A model generated the notes under the pieces. That model ran no database searches. It was not told where the DNA came from and saw only the letters and a list, made by a program, of their open reading frames with translations. 64,000 bases of DNA from Mobula hypostoma (lineage: Eukaryota), in contig NC_086097.1 in NCBI RefSeq assembly GCF_963921235.1, forward strand, positions 214,894,001 to 214,958,000, written 5' to 3'. This document shows positions 51,619 to 62,320 of the stretch, one piece after another. A program made the position numbers and the translations under genes. Every line of letters begins with the position of its first letter. Positions within the stretch are counted from its first letter, which is position 1.

Positions 51619-51925
51619 TGTTGGAGCATGGCCAAGTGGTTAAGGCGTTCGTCTAGTGATCTGAAGGTTGCTAGTTCGAGCCATGGCTGAGGTAGTGTGT
51701 TGTGTCCTTGAGCAAGGCACTTAACCACACATTGCTCTGCGATGACAGCGGTGCCAAGCTGTATGGGTCCTAATGCCCTTCCCTTGGACAATATCGGTGG
51801 CGTGGAGAGGGGAGACTTGCAGCATGGGCAACTTCCGGTCTTCCATACAACCCTGCCCAGGCCTGCGCCCTGGATACCTTCCAAGGCGCAAATCCATGAG
51901 CTCACGAAACTAACGGATGCCTATA
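51619..51925 (+). mobile_element. tRNA-derived SINE with CORE/Meta-like central motif; TSD attagg(g/a)ag
   Basis: Box A tggccaagtgg, box B gttcgagcc, then gtgtccttgagcaaggcacttaacc; absent from the paralogous B copy at ~8090-8100. Confidence 0.85.
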
Positions 51926-52183
51926 ATTAGGAAGTTTAATGTAAAGGAATCCTTAGGCGGTAGTGATCTTAATATGATTGAATTCATACTGCAATTTGAG
52001 AGGGAGAAGCATAAGTCACATGTATCAGTATTGCAATGGAATAAAGGGAATTACAGAGGCATGAGAGAGGAGCTTGCCCAGGTGGATGGGAGGATACTGG
52101 CAGGGATGACAGCAGAGCAGAGATGGCTGAAGTTTCTGGGAATATTTCACAAGGCACAGGACAGATATGTTCCACAGAGGAAG

Positions 52184-55100
52184 AAACATAGAAACATAGA
52201 AAATAGGTGCAGGAGTAGGCCATTCGGCACTTCGAGCCTGCACCGCCATTTATTATGATCATGGCTGATCATCCAACTCAGAACCCTGCCCCAGCCTTCC
52301 CTCCATACCCCCTGATCCCCGTAGCCACAAGGGCCATATCTAACTCCCTCTTAAATATAGCCCCTATGGCAAGGATGTCTTTCCTCAGATTAGGGGACCA
52401 AAACTGCACACAATACTCCAGGTGTGGTCTCACCAAGGTCTTGTACAACTGCAGTAGTACCTCCCTACTCCTGTACTCGAATCCTCTCGCTATAAATGCC
52501 AGCATACCATTCGCCTTTTTCACCGCCTACTGTACTTGCATGCCCACTTTCAATGACTGGTGTATAATGACACCCAGGTCTCGTTGCACCTCCCCTTTTC
52601 CTAATCGGCCACCATTCAGATAATAATCTGTTTTCCTATTTTTGCCACCAAAGTGGATAACTTCACATTTATCCACATTAAATTGCATCTGCCATGAATT
52701 TGCCCACTCACCCAACCTATCCAAGTCACTCTGCATCCTCTTAGCATCCTCCTCACAGCTAACACTGCCACCCAGCTTCGTGTCATCCGCTAACTTGGAG
52801 ATGCTGCATTTAATTCCCTCATCCAAGTCATTAATATATATTGTAAACAACTGGGGTCCCAGCACTGAGCCTTGCGGTACCCCACTAGTCACTGCCTGCC
52901 ATTCTGAAAAGGTCCCGTTTATTCCCACTCTTTGCTTCCTGTCTGCTAACCAATTCTCTATCCACATCAATACCTTACCCCCAATACCATGTGCTTTAAG
53001 TTTGCACACTAATCTCCTGTGTGGGACCTTGTCAAAAGCCTTTTGAAAATCCAAATATACTACATCCACTGGTTCTCCCCTATCCACTCTACTAGTTACA
53101 TCCTCAAAAAATTCTATGAGATTCGTCAGACATGATTTTCCTTTCACAAATCCATGCTGACTTTGTCCGATGATTTCACCGCTTTCCAAATGTGCTGTTA
53201 TCACATCTTTGATAACTGACTCCAGCAGTTTCCCCACCACCGACGTTAGGCTAACCGGTCTATAATTCCCCGGTTTCTCTCTCCCTCCTTTTTTAAATAG
53301 TGGGGTTACATTAGCCACCCTCCAATCCTCAGGAACTAGTCCAGAATCTAACGAGTTTTGAAAAATTATCACTAATGCATCCACTATTTCTTGGGCTACC
53401 TCCTTAAGCACTCTGGGATGCAGACCATCTGGCCCTGGGGATTTATCTGCCTTCAATTTATCTAACACCACTTCCCTACTAACATGTATTTCACTCAGTT
53501 CCTCCATCTCACTGGACCCTCTGTCCCCTACTATTTCTGGAAGATTATTTATGTCCTCCTTAGTGAAGACAGAACCAAAGTAATTATTCAATTGGTCTGC
53601 CATGTCCTTGCTCCCCATAATCAATTCACCTGTTTCTGTCTGTAGGGGACCTACATTTGTCTTTACCAGTCTTTTCCTTTTTACATATCTATAAAAGCTT
53701 TTACAGTCAGTTTTTATGTTCCCTGCCAGTTTTCTCTCATAATCTTTTTTCCCCTTCCTAATTAAGCCCTTTGTCCTCCTCTGCTGAACTCTGAATTTCT
53801 CCCAGTCCTCAAGTGAGCCACTTTTTCTGGATAATTTGTATGCTTCTTCTTTGGAATTGATACTATCCCTAATTTCTCTTGTCAGCCACGGATGCACTAC
53901 CTTCCTTGATTTATTCTTTTGCCAAAATGGGATGAACAATTGTTGTAGTTCATCCATGCAATCTTTAAATGCTTGCCATTGCATATCCACCGTCAATCCT
54001 TTAAGTGTCATTTGCCAGTCTATCTTAGCTAATTCACATCTCATACCTTCAAAGTTACCCCTCTTTAAGTTCAGAACCTTTGTTTCTGAATTAACTATGT
54101 CACTCTCCATCTTAATGAAGAATTCTACCATATTATGGTCACTCTTACCCAAGGGGCCTCTCACGACAAGATTGCTAATTAACCCTTCCTCATTGCTCAA
54201 AACTCAGTCCAGAACAGCCTGCTCTCCGGTTGGTTCCTCGACATGTTGGTTCAAAAAACCAACCCGCATACATTCCAAGAAATCCTCTTCCTCAGCACCT
54301 TTACCAATTTGGTTCACCCAATCTACATGTAGATTGAAGTCACCCATTATAACTGCTGTTCCTTTATTGCACACATTTCTAATTTCCTGTTTAATACCAT
54401 CTCCAACCTCACTACTACTGTTAGGTGGCCTGTACACAACTCCCACCAGCGTTTTCTGCCCCTTAGTGTTACGCAGCTCTACCCATATCGATTCCACATC
54501 TTCCCGGCTTATGTCCTTCCTTTCTATTGCATTAATCTCATCTTTAACCAGCAACGCCACCCCACCTCCTTTTCTTTCATGTCTATCCCTCCTGAATATT
54601 GAATATCCCTGAACGTTGAGCTCCCATCCTTGGTCACCCTGGAGCCATGTCTCTGTGATCCCAACTATATCATAATCATTAATAACAATCTGCACTTTCA
54701 ATTCATCCACCTTGTTAGGAATGCTCCTTGTATTGACACACAGAGCCTTCAGGCGCTCTTTTACAACTCTCTTAGCCCTAATACAATTATGTTGAAAAGT
54801 GGCCCTTTTTAATGCTTGCCCTGGATTTGTCGGCCTGCCACTTTTACTTTTCTCCTTACTGCTTTTTGCTTCTACTCTCACTTTACACCCCTCTGTCTCT
54901 CTGCACTCGTTCCCATCCCCCTGTTGTGAACTAACCTCCTGTCACCTAGCCTCTTTAATTTGATTCCCACCCCCCAACCATTCTAGTTTAAAGTCACCTC
55001 AGTAGCCCTCGCTAATCTCCCTGCCAGGATATTGGTCCCCCTAGGATTCAAGTGTAACCCGTCCTTTTTGTACAGGTCACGCCTGCGCCAAAAGAGGTCC

Positions 55101-55236
55101 CAATGATCCAAAAACTTGAATCCCTGCCTCCTGCTCCAATCCCTCAGCCACGCATTTATCCTCCACCTCATCTCATTCCTACTCTCACTGTCGCATGGCA
55201 CAGGCAGTAATCCCGAGATTACGACCTTTGCGGTCC
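52184..55236 (-). mobile_element. CR1 family A, inverted copy with ~320-bp internal deletion near its 3' end
   Basis: ORFs 54983..55270, 54204..54881, 52527..54200 and 52278..52523 are nearly identical to 29033-32602. Confidence 0.95.
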
Positions 55237-57038
55237 TCAAATGGCAGAGGTAGGCAACCATGGCTGACAAGGGAAGTTAGGGGCTACATAAAAGCCCAGG
55301 AAAGGGCACATAAGGTAGCAAAAGTGAGTGGGAAGTTGGGTGATTGGGAAGCTTTTAAAATCCAACAAAAGGCAACTTAAAAAGCTATAAGAAGGGAAAA
55401 GGTGAAATATAAGGGCAGACTAGCCAATAATATAAAGCAGGATAGTAAAAGATTTTTTCAGTTATATAAAGAGTAAAATAGTGGTGAGATTTGAAATTAG
55501 ACCACTGGAAATGATGCTGGTGAGGTAGTAATGGCGGGGACAAAGAAATGGTAAATGAACTTAATGGATACATTGCCTCTGTCTTCACTGTGGAAGACAC
55601 CAACAGTGTGCCAGAGGTCTGTGAGTGTCAGGGATCAGGAGTGAGTGTCATTGCTATTACAAAGGAAAAAGTGCGCGGCAAACTCAAAGGTCTTAAGGTG
55701 GATAAGTCACCTGGACCAGATGGACTACATCCCAGTGTCCTGACATAGGTTGCTGAAAAGATAACTGATGCATTGGTCATGACCTTTCAAGAATTACTTG
55801 ATTCTGGCATGGAAAATTGCAAATGTCATTCCACTCTTTAGGAAGGGATGAAGGCAAAAGAAAGGAAATTATAGGCTAGTTAGCCTAACCTCAGTTGTTG
55901 GGAAAATGTTGGAGTCTATTATTACAGATGAGGTTTCGAGGTATTTGGAGACCAATGATAAAATAAGTTAAAGTCAGCGTGGTTTCTGTGAATGAAATCT
56001 TGCCTGTCAAATTTGTTACAGTGGGAATAAAAGGGGCCTTTTCTGGTTGGCTGCTGGTGACTAGGGTCAGTATGGGACCACTGCTTTTCATATTGTTTGT
56101 TGATGATTTAGATAATGGAATTGATAGGTTTGTGGCAAAGTTTGCGCATGATACGAAGATAGGTGGAGGGGTAGGTAGTGCTGAGGAGACAAATTGGAAA
56201 GAATAGGCAAAATTATGGCAGATGGAATAGTGTTGGAAAATGTGTGATAATGCATTTTGGTATATGGAACAATAGTGGAGACTATTATCTAAATGAGGAG
56301 AAGGCTCAAACATCAGAGGTTCAGAGGGACTTAGGAGCCCTCGTGCAAGACTCCCAGAAGGTTAATTTATAGGTTGAAACTGTGGTAAAGAAGGCAAATG
56401 CAATGTTGACATTTATTTCAAGGGGAATCGAATATAAAAGCAAGGAGATAATGCTGAGCCTTTATAAGACACTAGTCAGGCTGCATTTAGTTTATTGTCA
56501 ACAGTTTTGGGCCCCATATCTCAGAAAGGACGTGCTGTCATTGGAGAGGATTCCGAGGAAATTCATGAGGATGATTCCTGAAATGAAGCGGTTAAGATAT
56601 GAGGAGCATTTGGCAACTTTGGGCCTGTACTCACTGGAATTTAATAGAATGGCAGGGGGGATCTCATTGAAACCTACTGAATGTTGAATGGACTAGATAA
56701 GGGGGATGTGGAGAGGATGTTTCTTATGATGGGGGTATCCAGAACTAGAGGACACAGCCTCAAAATTGATGGATGACCCTTTAGAACAGAGGTAAGGAAG
56801 AATTTTTTTAGCCAGAGAGTAGTAAATCTGTGGAATGCTCTGCCACACACTGTGGTGGAGGCCAAGTCCATGCGTATATTTAAGGCGGAAGTTGATCATT
56901 TCCTGATCAGTCAGGGCATCAAAGGATATAGCAAGATGGCAGGTGTATGGGGTTGAGTGGGATCCGGGATCAGCCATGATGAAAAGGTGAAGCAGACTTG
57001 ATGGGCTGAACGGCTTAATTCTGTTCCTATGTCTTATG

Positions 57039-57997
57039 GTTCTGGGACCCCTCCTCCTTAGGATTTTTATAAATGACCTGGACGAGGAAGTAGAAGGGTG
57101 GGTAAGTAATTTTGCTGATGACACAAATGTTGCGGGCCTTGTGGATAATCTGGAGGGTTTTCAGAGGTTACAGTGGGACATCGATAGGATGCAGAATGGG
57201 ACTGAGAAGTGGCAGATGGAGCTCAACCTAGGTAAATGTGGTGGTTGATTTTGGTAGGTCAAATATGATGGCAGAGTACAGTATTGATGTAAGACTCTTG
57301 GCAGTGTGGAGGATCAGAGGGATCTTGGGGTCCATGTCCATAAGACACCCAAAGCTGCTGTGCAGGTTGACAGTGTTGTTAAGAAAGCGTATAGTCTGTT
57401 GGCATTCATCAACAGTAGGATTGAGTTCAAGAGCCGTGAGGTAATGTTAGACCCCACTTGGAGGACTGTGTTCAATTCTGGTCACCTCACTACAGGAAGG
57501 ATGTGGATACTATAAAGAGAGTGCAGAGGAGATTTACAAGGACGTTGCCTGGATTGGAGAGCGTGCCTTATGAGAATAGGTTGAGTGAACTTGGCCTTTT
57601 CTCCTTGGAACGACAGAGGATGAGAGGTGACCTGATAGAGGTGTATAAGATGATGAGAGGCACTGATTGTGTAGATAGTCAGAGGCTTTTTCCCCAGGGC
57701 TGAAATGGCTAATACAAAGGGGCATAGATTTAAGGTGCCTGTAAGTAAGTACAGGGGGGATGTCAGAAGTAAGTTTTTCCATACAGAGGGTGGTGGGTGT
57801 GTGGATGCACTGCCAGCGAAGGTGGTAGAGGCGGATACAATACGGTCTTTTAAGAGATTCTTAGATTGGTACATGGAACTTGGAAAAATGGAGGGCTATG
57901 TTGTAGGAAAATTCTAGGCAGTTTTTAAGAGTAGGTTACATGGTCAGCACAGCATTGTGGGTTGATACGCCTGTAACGTGCAGTAGATTCCTATGTG
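57039..57997 (+). mobile_element. C-like CR1 3' fragment
   Basis: LGPLLLRIFINDLDEEVEGWVSNFADD and C-terminal remnants. Confidence 0.85.
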
Positions 57998-58155
57998 TTA
58001 TGTTATCTTATTATGTTTTTTGGGCATAGTTAGATCTAAAGTAACAATTATTTTGTTTTCCTTTAGCTGAGAAGCAGCTGAGAAGAAGGGACTGAAGAAA
58101 TCAGGTAGAAAAAGTTGTTTTTTTTTAAACACTGCTCGGGGAGAAGGGTCTGCAA

Positions 58156-58252
58156 TGCGCAGGCGCGTGACGTAGCGCGCCAAGGTTTAAAAGTAGACCT
58201 CCATATACAGCGGCTATCGTTGTAGCGGCCATTGTCGGAGTGGACTGAGTCA
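58156..58252 (+). promoter_or_regulatory. Motif cluster in the CR1-E leader (NRF1-like, CRE-like, TATA-like, YY1-like, AP-1)
   Basis: TGCGCAGGCGC 58156, TGACGTA 58168, TTTAAAA 58186, GCGGCCATT 58225, TGAGTCA 58246; motif matches only. Confidence 0.45.
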
Positions 58253-58346
58253 GAGTGGATTTAGCTCAACAGGCTTCGGCGAGAACAGGCAGAGGCCAGG
58301 GTAGGTTCCGGTAAGTTTTTTGTTCAGATTGTTTAGTGCAGTGAGA

Positions 58347-59265
58347 ATGCCAGGCAGGATGTTGGAATGCTCCTCTTGCAGGCTGTGGGAACTCAGGGAG
58401 CCCTCCGGTGTCCCTGACAACGACACCTGCAAGAAGTGCATCCAGCTGCAGCTCCTGACAAACCGTATTAGAGAACTGGAGCAGGAGCTGGATGACCTGC
58501 GGATCATTCGGGAGAATGAGGAGATTATAGATAGTAGCTACAGGGAGGTAGTTACGCTAGAGGACAGGAAATTGGGTCACTGTCAGGCGAGGGAAGGGGA
58601 AAGGGCAGGCAGAGCAGGGTTCCCCTGTGGCCATTCCCCTCAACAACAAGTATACCGCATTGGATACTGTTGGGGGGGATGACTTACCTGGGACAAGCTG
58701 CAGTAGCCGGATCTCTGGCACTGAGTCTGGCTTTGCAGTGCAGAAGGGAGGGTGGAAAAAGAGGAGAGTGGTAGTGATAAGGGATTCGATAGTTAGAGGT
58801 GCAGATAGGAGGTTCTGTGGTCATGACAGAGAATCCAGGATGGTTTGTTGCCTCCCAGGTGCCAGGGTCAAGAATGTCTCTGATCGATTGCATGACATTC
58901 TGAAGTGGGAGGGTGATCAGCCAGATGCCGTGGTGCACACCGGTACCAATGACATAGCAAAGAAGAGCAAGGAGGTCCTGGAGAGTGAGTATAGAGAGCT
59001 TGGTAGGAAGTTGAAAAGCAGGACTTCAAGGGTGGTAATCTCAGGATTGATACCTGTGCTACGTGCCAGTGAGGGTAGGAATAGGATGATAAACAAGTGG
59101 CTGAGGAACTGGTATAGGGGGCAGGGTTTCAGATTTCAGGATCATTGGGACCTCTTCTGGGGCAGGTGGGACCTGTACAAGAGAGACGGATTACATTTGA
59201 ACTACAGGGGGACCAATATCCTTTCAGGGAGGTTTGTTAATGCTATTGGGGAGGCTTTAAACTAG
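58347..59265 (+). pseudogene. CR1 ORF1 (CxxC..CxxC zinc finger, coiled coil, SGNH esterase) with one frameshift near 58560
   Basis: MPGRMLECSSC...TCKKCIQLQLLTNRIRELEQELDDL, then RDSIVRG, HTGTND and DGLH in the next ORF. Confidence 0.85.
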
Positions 59266-62177
59266 ATTTGCAGGGGGATGGGAACCAGAGTGCCAGAGCT
59301 GACAGTGTGGCTGGGGTGAAAATAAATGATGTTAAAAGTTCAAGCAAATCCAATGACAGAAAGGTTGTGAGTGGTGGTAAAAATCTTCTGAGGGGTATAT
59401 ATTTCAATGCTAGGAGTATTGTGGGGAAGGCGGATGAGTTGAGGGCGTGGATTGACATGTGGAATTATGACGTTATAGCAATTAGTGAAACTTGGCTACA
59501 GGAGGGGCAGGACTGGCAGCTTAATATTCCAGGGTTCCAATGTTTCAGATGTGATCGAGGCAGAGGAATGAAAGGTGGGGGAGTAGCATTGCTTGTTAGG
59601 GAAAATATTACAGCACTGCTCAGGCAGGACAGTTTAGAGGGCTTGTCTACTGAGTCCTTATGGGTGGAGCTGAGAAACAGGAAAGGTATGGCCACATTAG
59701 TGGGATTGTATTACAGACCACCCAATAGTCAACGAGACTTGGAAGAGCAAATCTGCAGAGAGATAGCAGGCAACTGCAGGAAACATAAAGTTGTGGTGGT
59801 AGGGGATTTTAATTTTCCATACATTGATTGGGACTCCCATACTGTTAGGGGTCTAGATGGTTTAGAGTTTGTAAAATGTGTTCAGGAAAGTTTTCTAAAT
59901 CAATATATAGAGGGACCAACTAGAGGGGATGCAATATTGCATCTCCTGTTAGGAAATGAGTTAGGACAAGTGATGGAAGTCTGTGTAGGGGAGCACTTTG
60001 GTTCCAGTGATCATAACACCATTAGTTTCAATTTGATCATGGACAAGGATAGATCTGGTCCTAGGGTTGAGGTTCTGAACTGGAAGAAGGCCAAATTTGA
60101 AGAAATGAGAAAGGATCTGAAAAGCGTGGATTGGGACAGGTTGTTCTCTGGCAAAGATGTGATTGGTAGGTGGGAAGCCTTCAAAGGGGAAATTTTAAGA
60201 GTGCAGAGTTTGTATATTCCTGTCAGGATTAAAGGCAAATTGAATAGGAATAAGGAACCTTGGTTCTCAAGGGATACTGCAACTCTGATAAAGAAGAAGA
60301 GGGAGTTGTATGAAATGTATAGGAAACAGGGAGTAAATCAGGTGCTTGAGGAGTATAAGAAGTGCAAGAAAATACTTAAGAAAGTAATCAGGAGGGCTAA
60401 AAGAAGACATGAGGTTGCCTTGGCAGTCAAAGTGAAGGATAATCCAAAGAGCTTTTACAGGTATATTAAGAGCAAAAGGATTGTAAGGGATAAAATTGGT
60501 CCTCTTGAAGATCAGAGTGGTCGGCTATGTGCGGAACCAAAGGAAATGGGGGAGATCTTAATTAGGCTTTTTGCATCTGTATTTACTAAGGAAACTGGCA
60601 TGAAGTCTTTGGAATTGAGAGAATCAAGTAGTGAGATCATGGAAACTGTACAGATTGAAAAGGAGGAGGTGCTTGCTGTCTTGAGGAAAATTAAAGTGGA
60701 TAAATCCCCGGGACCTGACAGAGTGTTCCCTCGGACCTTGAAGGAGACTAGTGTTGAAATTGCGGGGGCCCTGGCAGAAATATTTAAAATGTCGCTGTCT
60801 GCGGGTGAAGTGCCGGAGGATTGGAGAGTGGCTTATGTTGTTCCGTCGTTTAAAAAAGGATCGAAAAGTAATCCGGGAAATTATAGGCCGGTGAATTTAA
60901 CGTCGGTAGTAGGTAAGTTATTGGAGGGAGTACTCAGAGACAGAATCTACAAGCATTTGGATAGACAGGGACTTATTAGGGTGAGTCAACATGGCTTTGT
61001 GCGTGGTAGGTCATGTTTGACCAATCTATTGGAGTTTTTCGAGGAGGTTACCAGGAAAGTGGATGAAGGGAAGGCAGTGGATATTGTCTACATGGATTTC
61101 AGTAAGGCCTTTGACAAGGTCCCGCATGGGAGGTTAGTTAGGAAAATTCAGTCGCTAGGTATACATGGAGAGGTGGTAAATTGGATTAGACATTGGCTCA
61201 ATGGAAGAAGCCAAAGAGTGGTGGTAGAGAATTGCTTCTCTGAGTGGAGGCCTGTGACTAGTGGTGTGCCACAGGGATCAGTGCTGGGTCCATTGTTATT
61301 TGTCATCTATATCAATGATCTGGATGATAATGTGGTAAATTGGATCAGCAAATTTGCTGATGATACAAAGATTGGAGGTGTAGTAGACAGTGAGGAAGGT
61401 TTTCAGAGCCTGCAGAGGGACTTGGATCAGCTGGAAAAATGGGCTGAAAAATGGCAGATGGAGTTTAATACAGACAAGTGTGAGGTATTGCATGTTAGAA
61501 GGACAAACCAAGGTAGAACATACAGGGTTAATGGTAAGGCACTGAGGAGTGCAGTAGAACAGAGGGATCTGGGAATACAGATACAAAATTCCCTAGTGGC
61601 GTCACAAGTAGATAGGGTCATAAAGAGAGCTTTTGGTACATTGGCCTTTATTAATCAAAGTATTGAGTATAAGAGCTGGAATGTTATGATGAGGTTGTAT
61701 AAAGCATTGGTGAGGCCGAATCTGGAGTATTGTGTTCAGTTTTGGTCACCAAGTTACAGGAAGGATATAAATAAGGTTGAAAGAGTGCAGAGAAGGATGT
61801 TGCCAGGACTTGAGAAACTCAGTTATAGAGAAAGGTTGAATAGGTTAGGACTTTATTCTCTGGAGCGTAGAAGAATGAGGGGAGATTTGATAGAGGTATA
61901 TAAAATTTTGATGGATATAGATAGAGTGAATGCAAGCAGGCTTTTTCCACTGAGGCAAGGGGAGAAAAAAACCAGAGGCTATGGGTTAAGGGTGAGGGGG
62001 GAAAAGTTTAAAGGGAACATTAGGGGGGGCTTCTTCACACAGAGAGTGGTGGGAGTATGGAATGAGCTGCCAGATGAGGTGGTAAATGCGGGTTCTTTAT
62101 TAACATTTAAGAATAAATTGGACAGATACATGGATGGGAGGTGTATGGAGGGATATGGTCTGTGTGCAGGTCAGTAG
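59262..62177 (+). CDS. CR1 ORF2: AP-like endonuclease plus reverse transcriptase, open, in the -1 frame relative to ORF1
   Basis: YFNARSI, ISETW, GDFN, SSDHN, YMDFSKAFDKV, GVPQGSVLGP, FADD; no AUG before the first APE motif. Confidence 0.9.
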   Translation, partial: LDLQGDGNQSARADSVAGVKINDVKSSSKSNDRKVVSGGKNLLRGIYFNARSIVGKADELRAWIDMWNYDVIAISETWLQEGQDWQLNIPGFQCFRCDRGRGMKGGGVALLVRENITALLRQDSLEGLSTESLWVELRNRKGMATLVGLYYRPPNSQRDLEEQICREIAGNCRKHKVVVVGDFNFPYIDWDSHTVRGLDGLEFVKCVQESFLNQYIEGPTRGDAILHLLLGNELGQVMEVCVGEHFGSSDHNTISFNLIMDKDRSGPRVEVLNWKKAKFEEMRKDLKSVDWDRLFSGKDVIGRWEAFKGEILRVQSLYIPVRIKGKLNRNKEPWFSRDTATLIKKKRELYEMYRKQGVNQVLEEYKKCKKILKKVIRRAKRRHEVALAVKVKDNPKSFYRYIKSKRIVRDKIGPLEDQSGRLCAEPKEMGEILIRLFASVFTKETGMKSLELRESSSEIMETVQIEKEEVLAVLRKIKVDKSPGPDRVFPRTLKETSVEIAGALAEIFKMSLSAGEVPEDWRVAYVVPSFKKGSKSNPGNYRPVNLTSVVGKLLEGVLRDRIYKHLDRQGLIRVSQHGFVRGRSCLTNLLEFFEEVTRKVDEGKAVDIVYMDFSKAFDKVPHGRLVRKIQSLGIHGEVVNWIRHWLNGRSQRVVVENCFSEWRPVTSGVPQGSVLGPLLFVIYINDLDDNVVNWISKFADDTKIGGVVDSEEGFQSLQRDLDQLEKWAEKWQMEFNTDKCEVLHVRRTNQGRTYRVNGKALRSAVEQRDLGIQIQNSLVASQVDRVIKRAFGTLAFINQSIEYKSWNVMMRLYKALVRPNLEYCVQFWSPSYRKDINKVERVQRRMLPGLEKLSYRERLNRLGLYSLERRRMRGDLIEVYKILMDIDRVNASRLFPLRQGEKKTRGYGLRVRGEKFKGNIRGGFFTQRVVGVWNELPDEVVNAGSLLTFKNKLDRYMDGRCMEGYGLCAGQ

Positions 62178-62320
62178 GACTAGGCAGAAAATGGTTCGGC
62201 ACAGCCAAGAAGGGCCAAAAGGCCTGTTTCTGTGCCGTAGTTTCTATGGTTTCTATGGTTTACACACTTACACTGTAAATGACATTAAATAATGTGGAAT
62301 CTTCAATCCTGAACCTGAAA

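Larger units (their letters stand above)
48440..57038 (+). mobile_element. CR1 family B near-full-length host carrying four nested insertions
   Basis: Pieces 48440-49103, 50838-51618, 51926-52183 and 55237-57038 rejoin into one ORF1-ORF2-3'UTR element homologous to 7257-12912. Confidence 0.85.
58060..62260 (+). mobile_element. CR1 family E, essentially full length (5' UTR, ORF1, ORF2, 3' hairpin, (ttctatgg)n tail)
   Basis: CpG-rich leader, ORF1, 969-aa ORF2, tail tttctatggtttctatggtt; 5' boundary uncertain. Confidence 0.92.

Noticed and set aside
51619..51695. tRNA gene
   Set aside because: No proper acceptor stem; followed by SINE body and flanked by a TSD.
58130..58300. CpG-rich patch as GGH promoter or exon 1
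   Set aside because: No signal-peptide or RPIIG-type exon with a donor on the minus strand; it runs directly into CR1 ORF1.
58631..58640. CCATTCCCCT complementary to AGGGGGATGG after the slip site
   Set aside because: It lies upstream in translated ORF1 and the pairing is weak in family C; likely coincidence.
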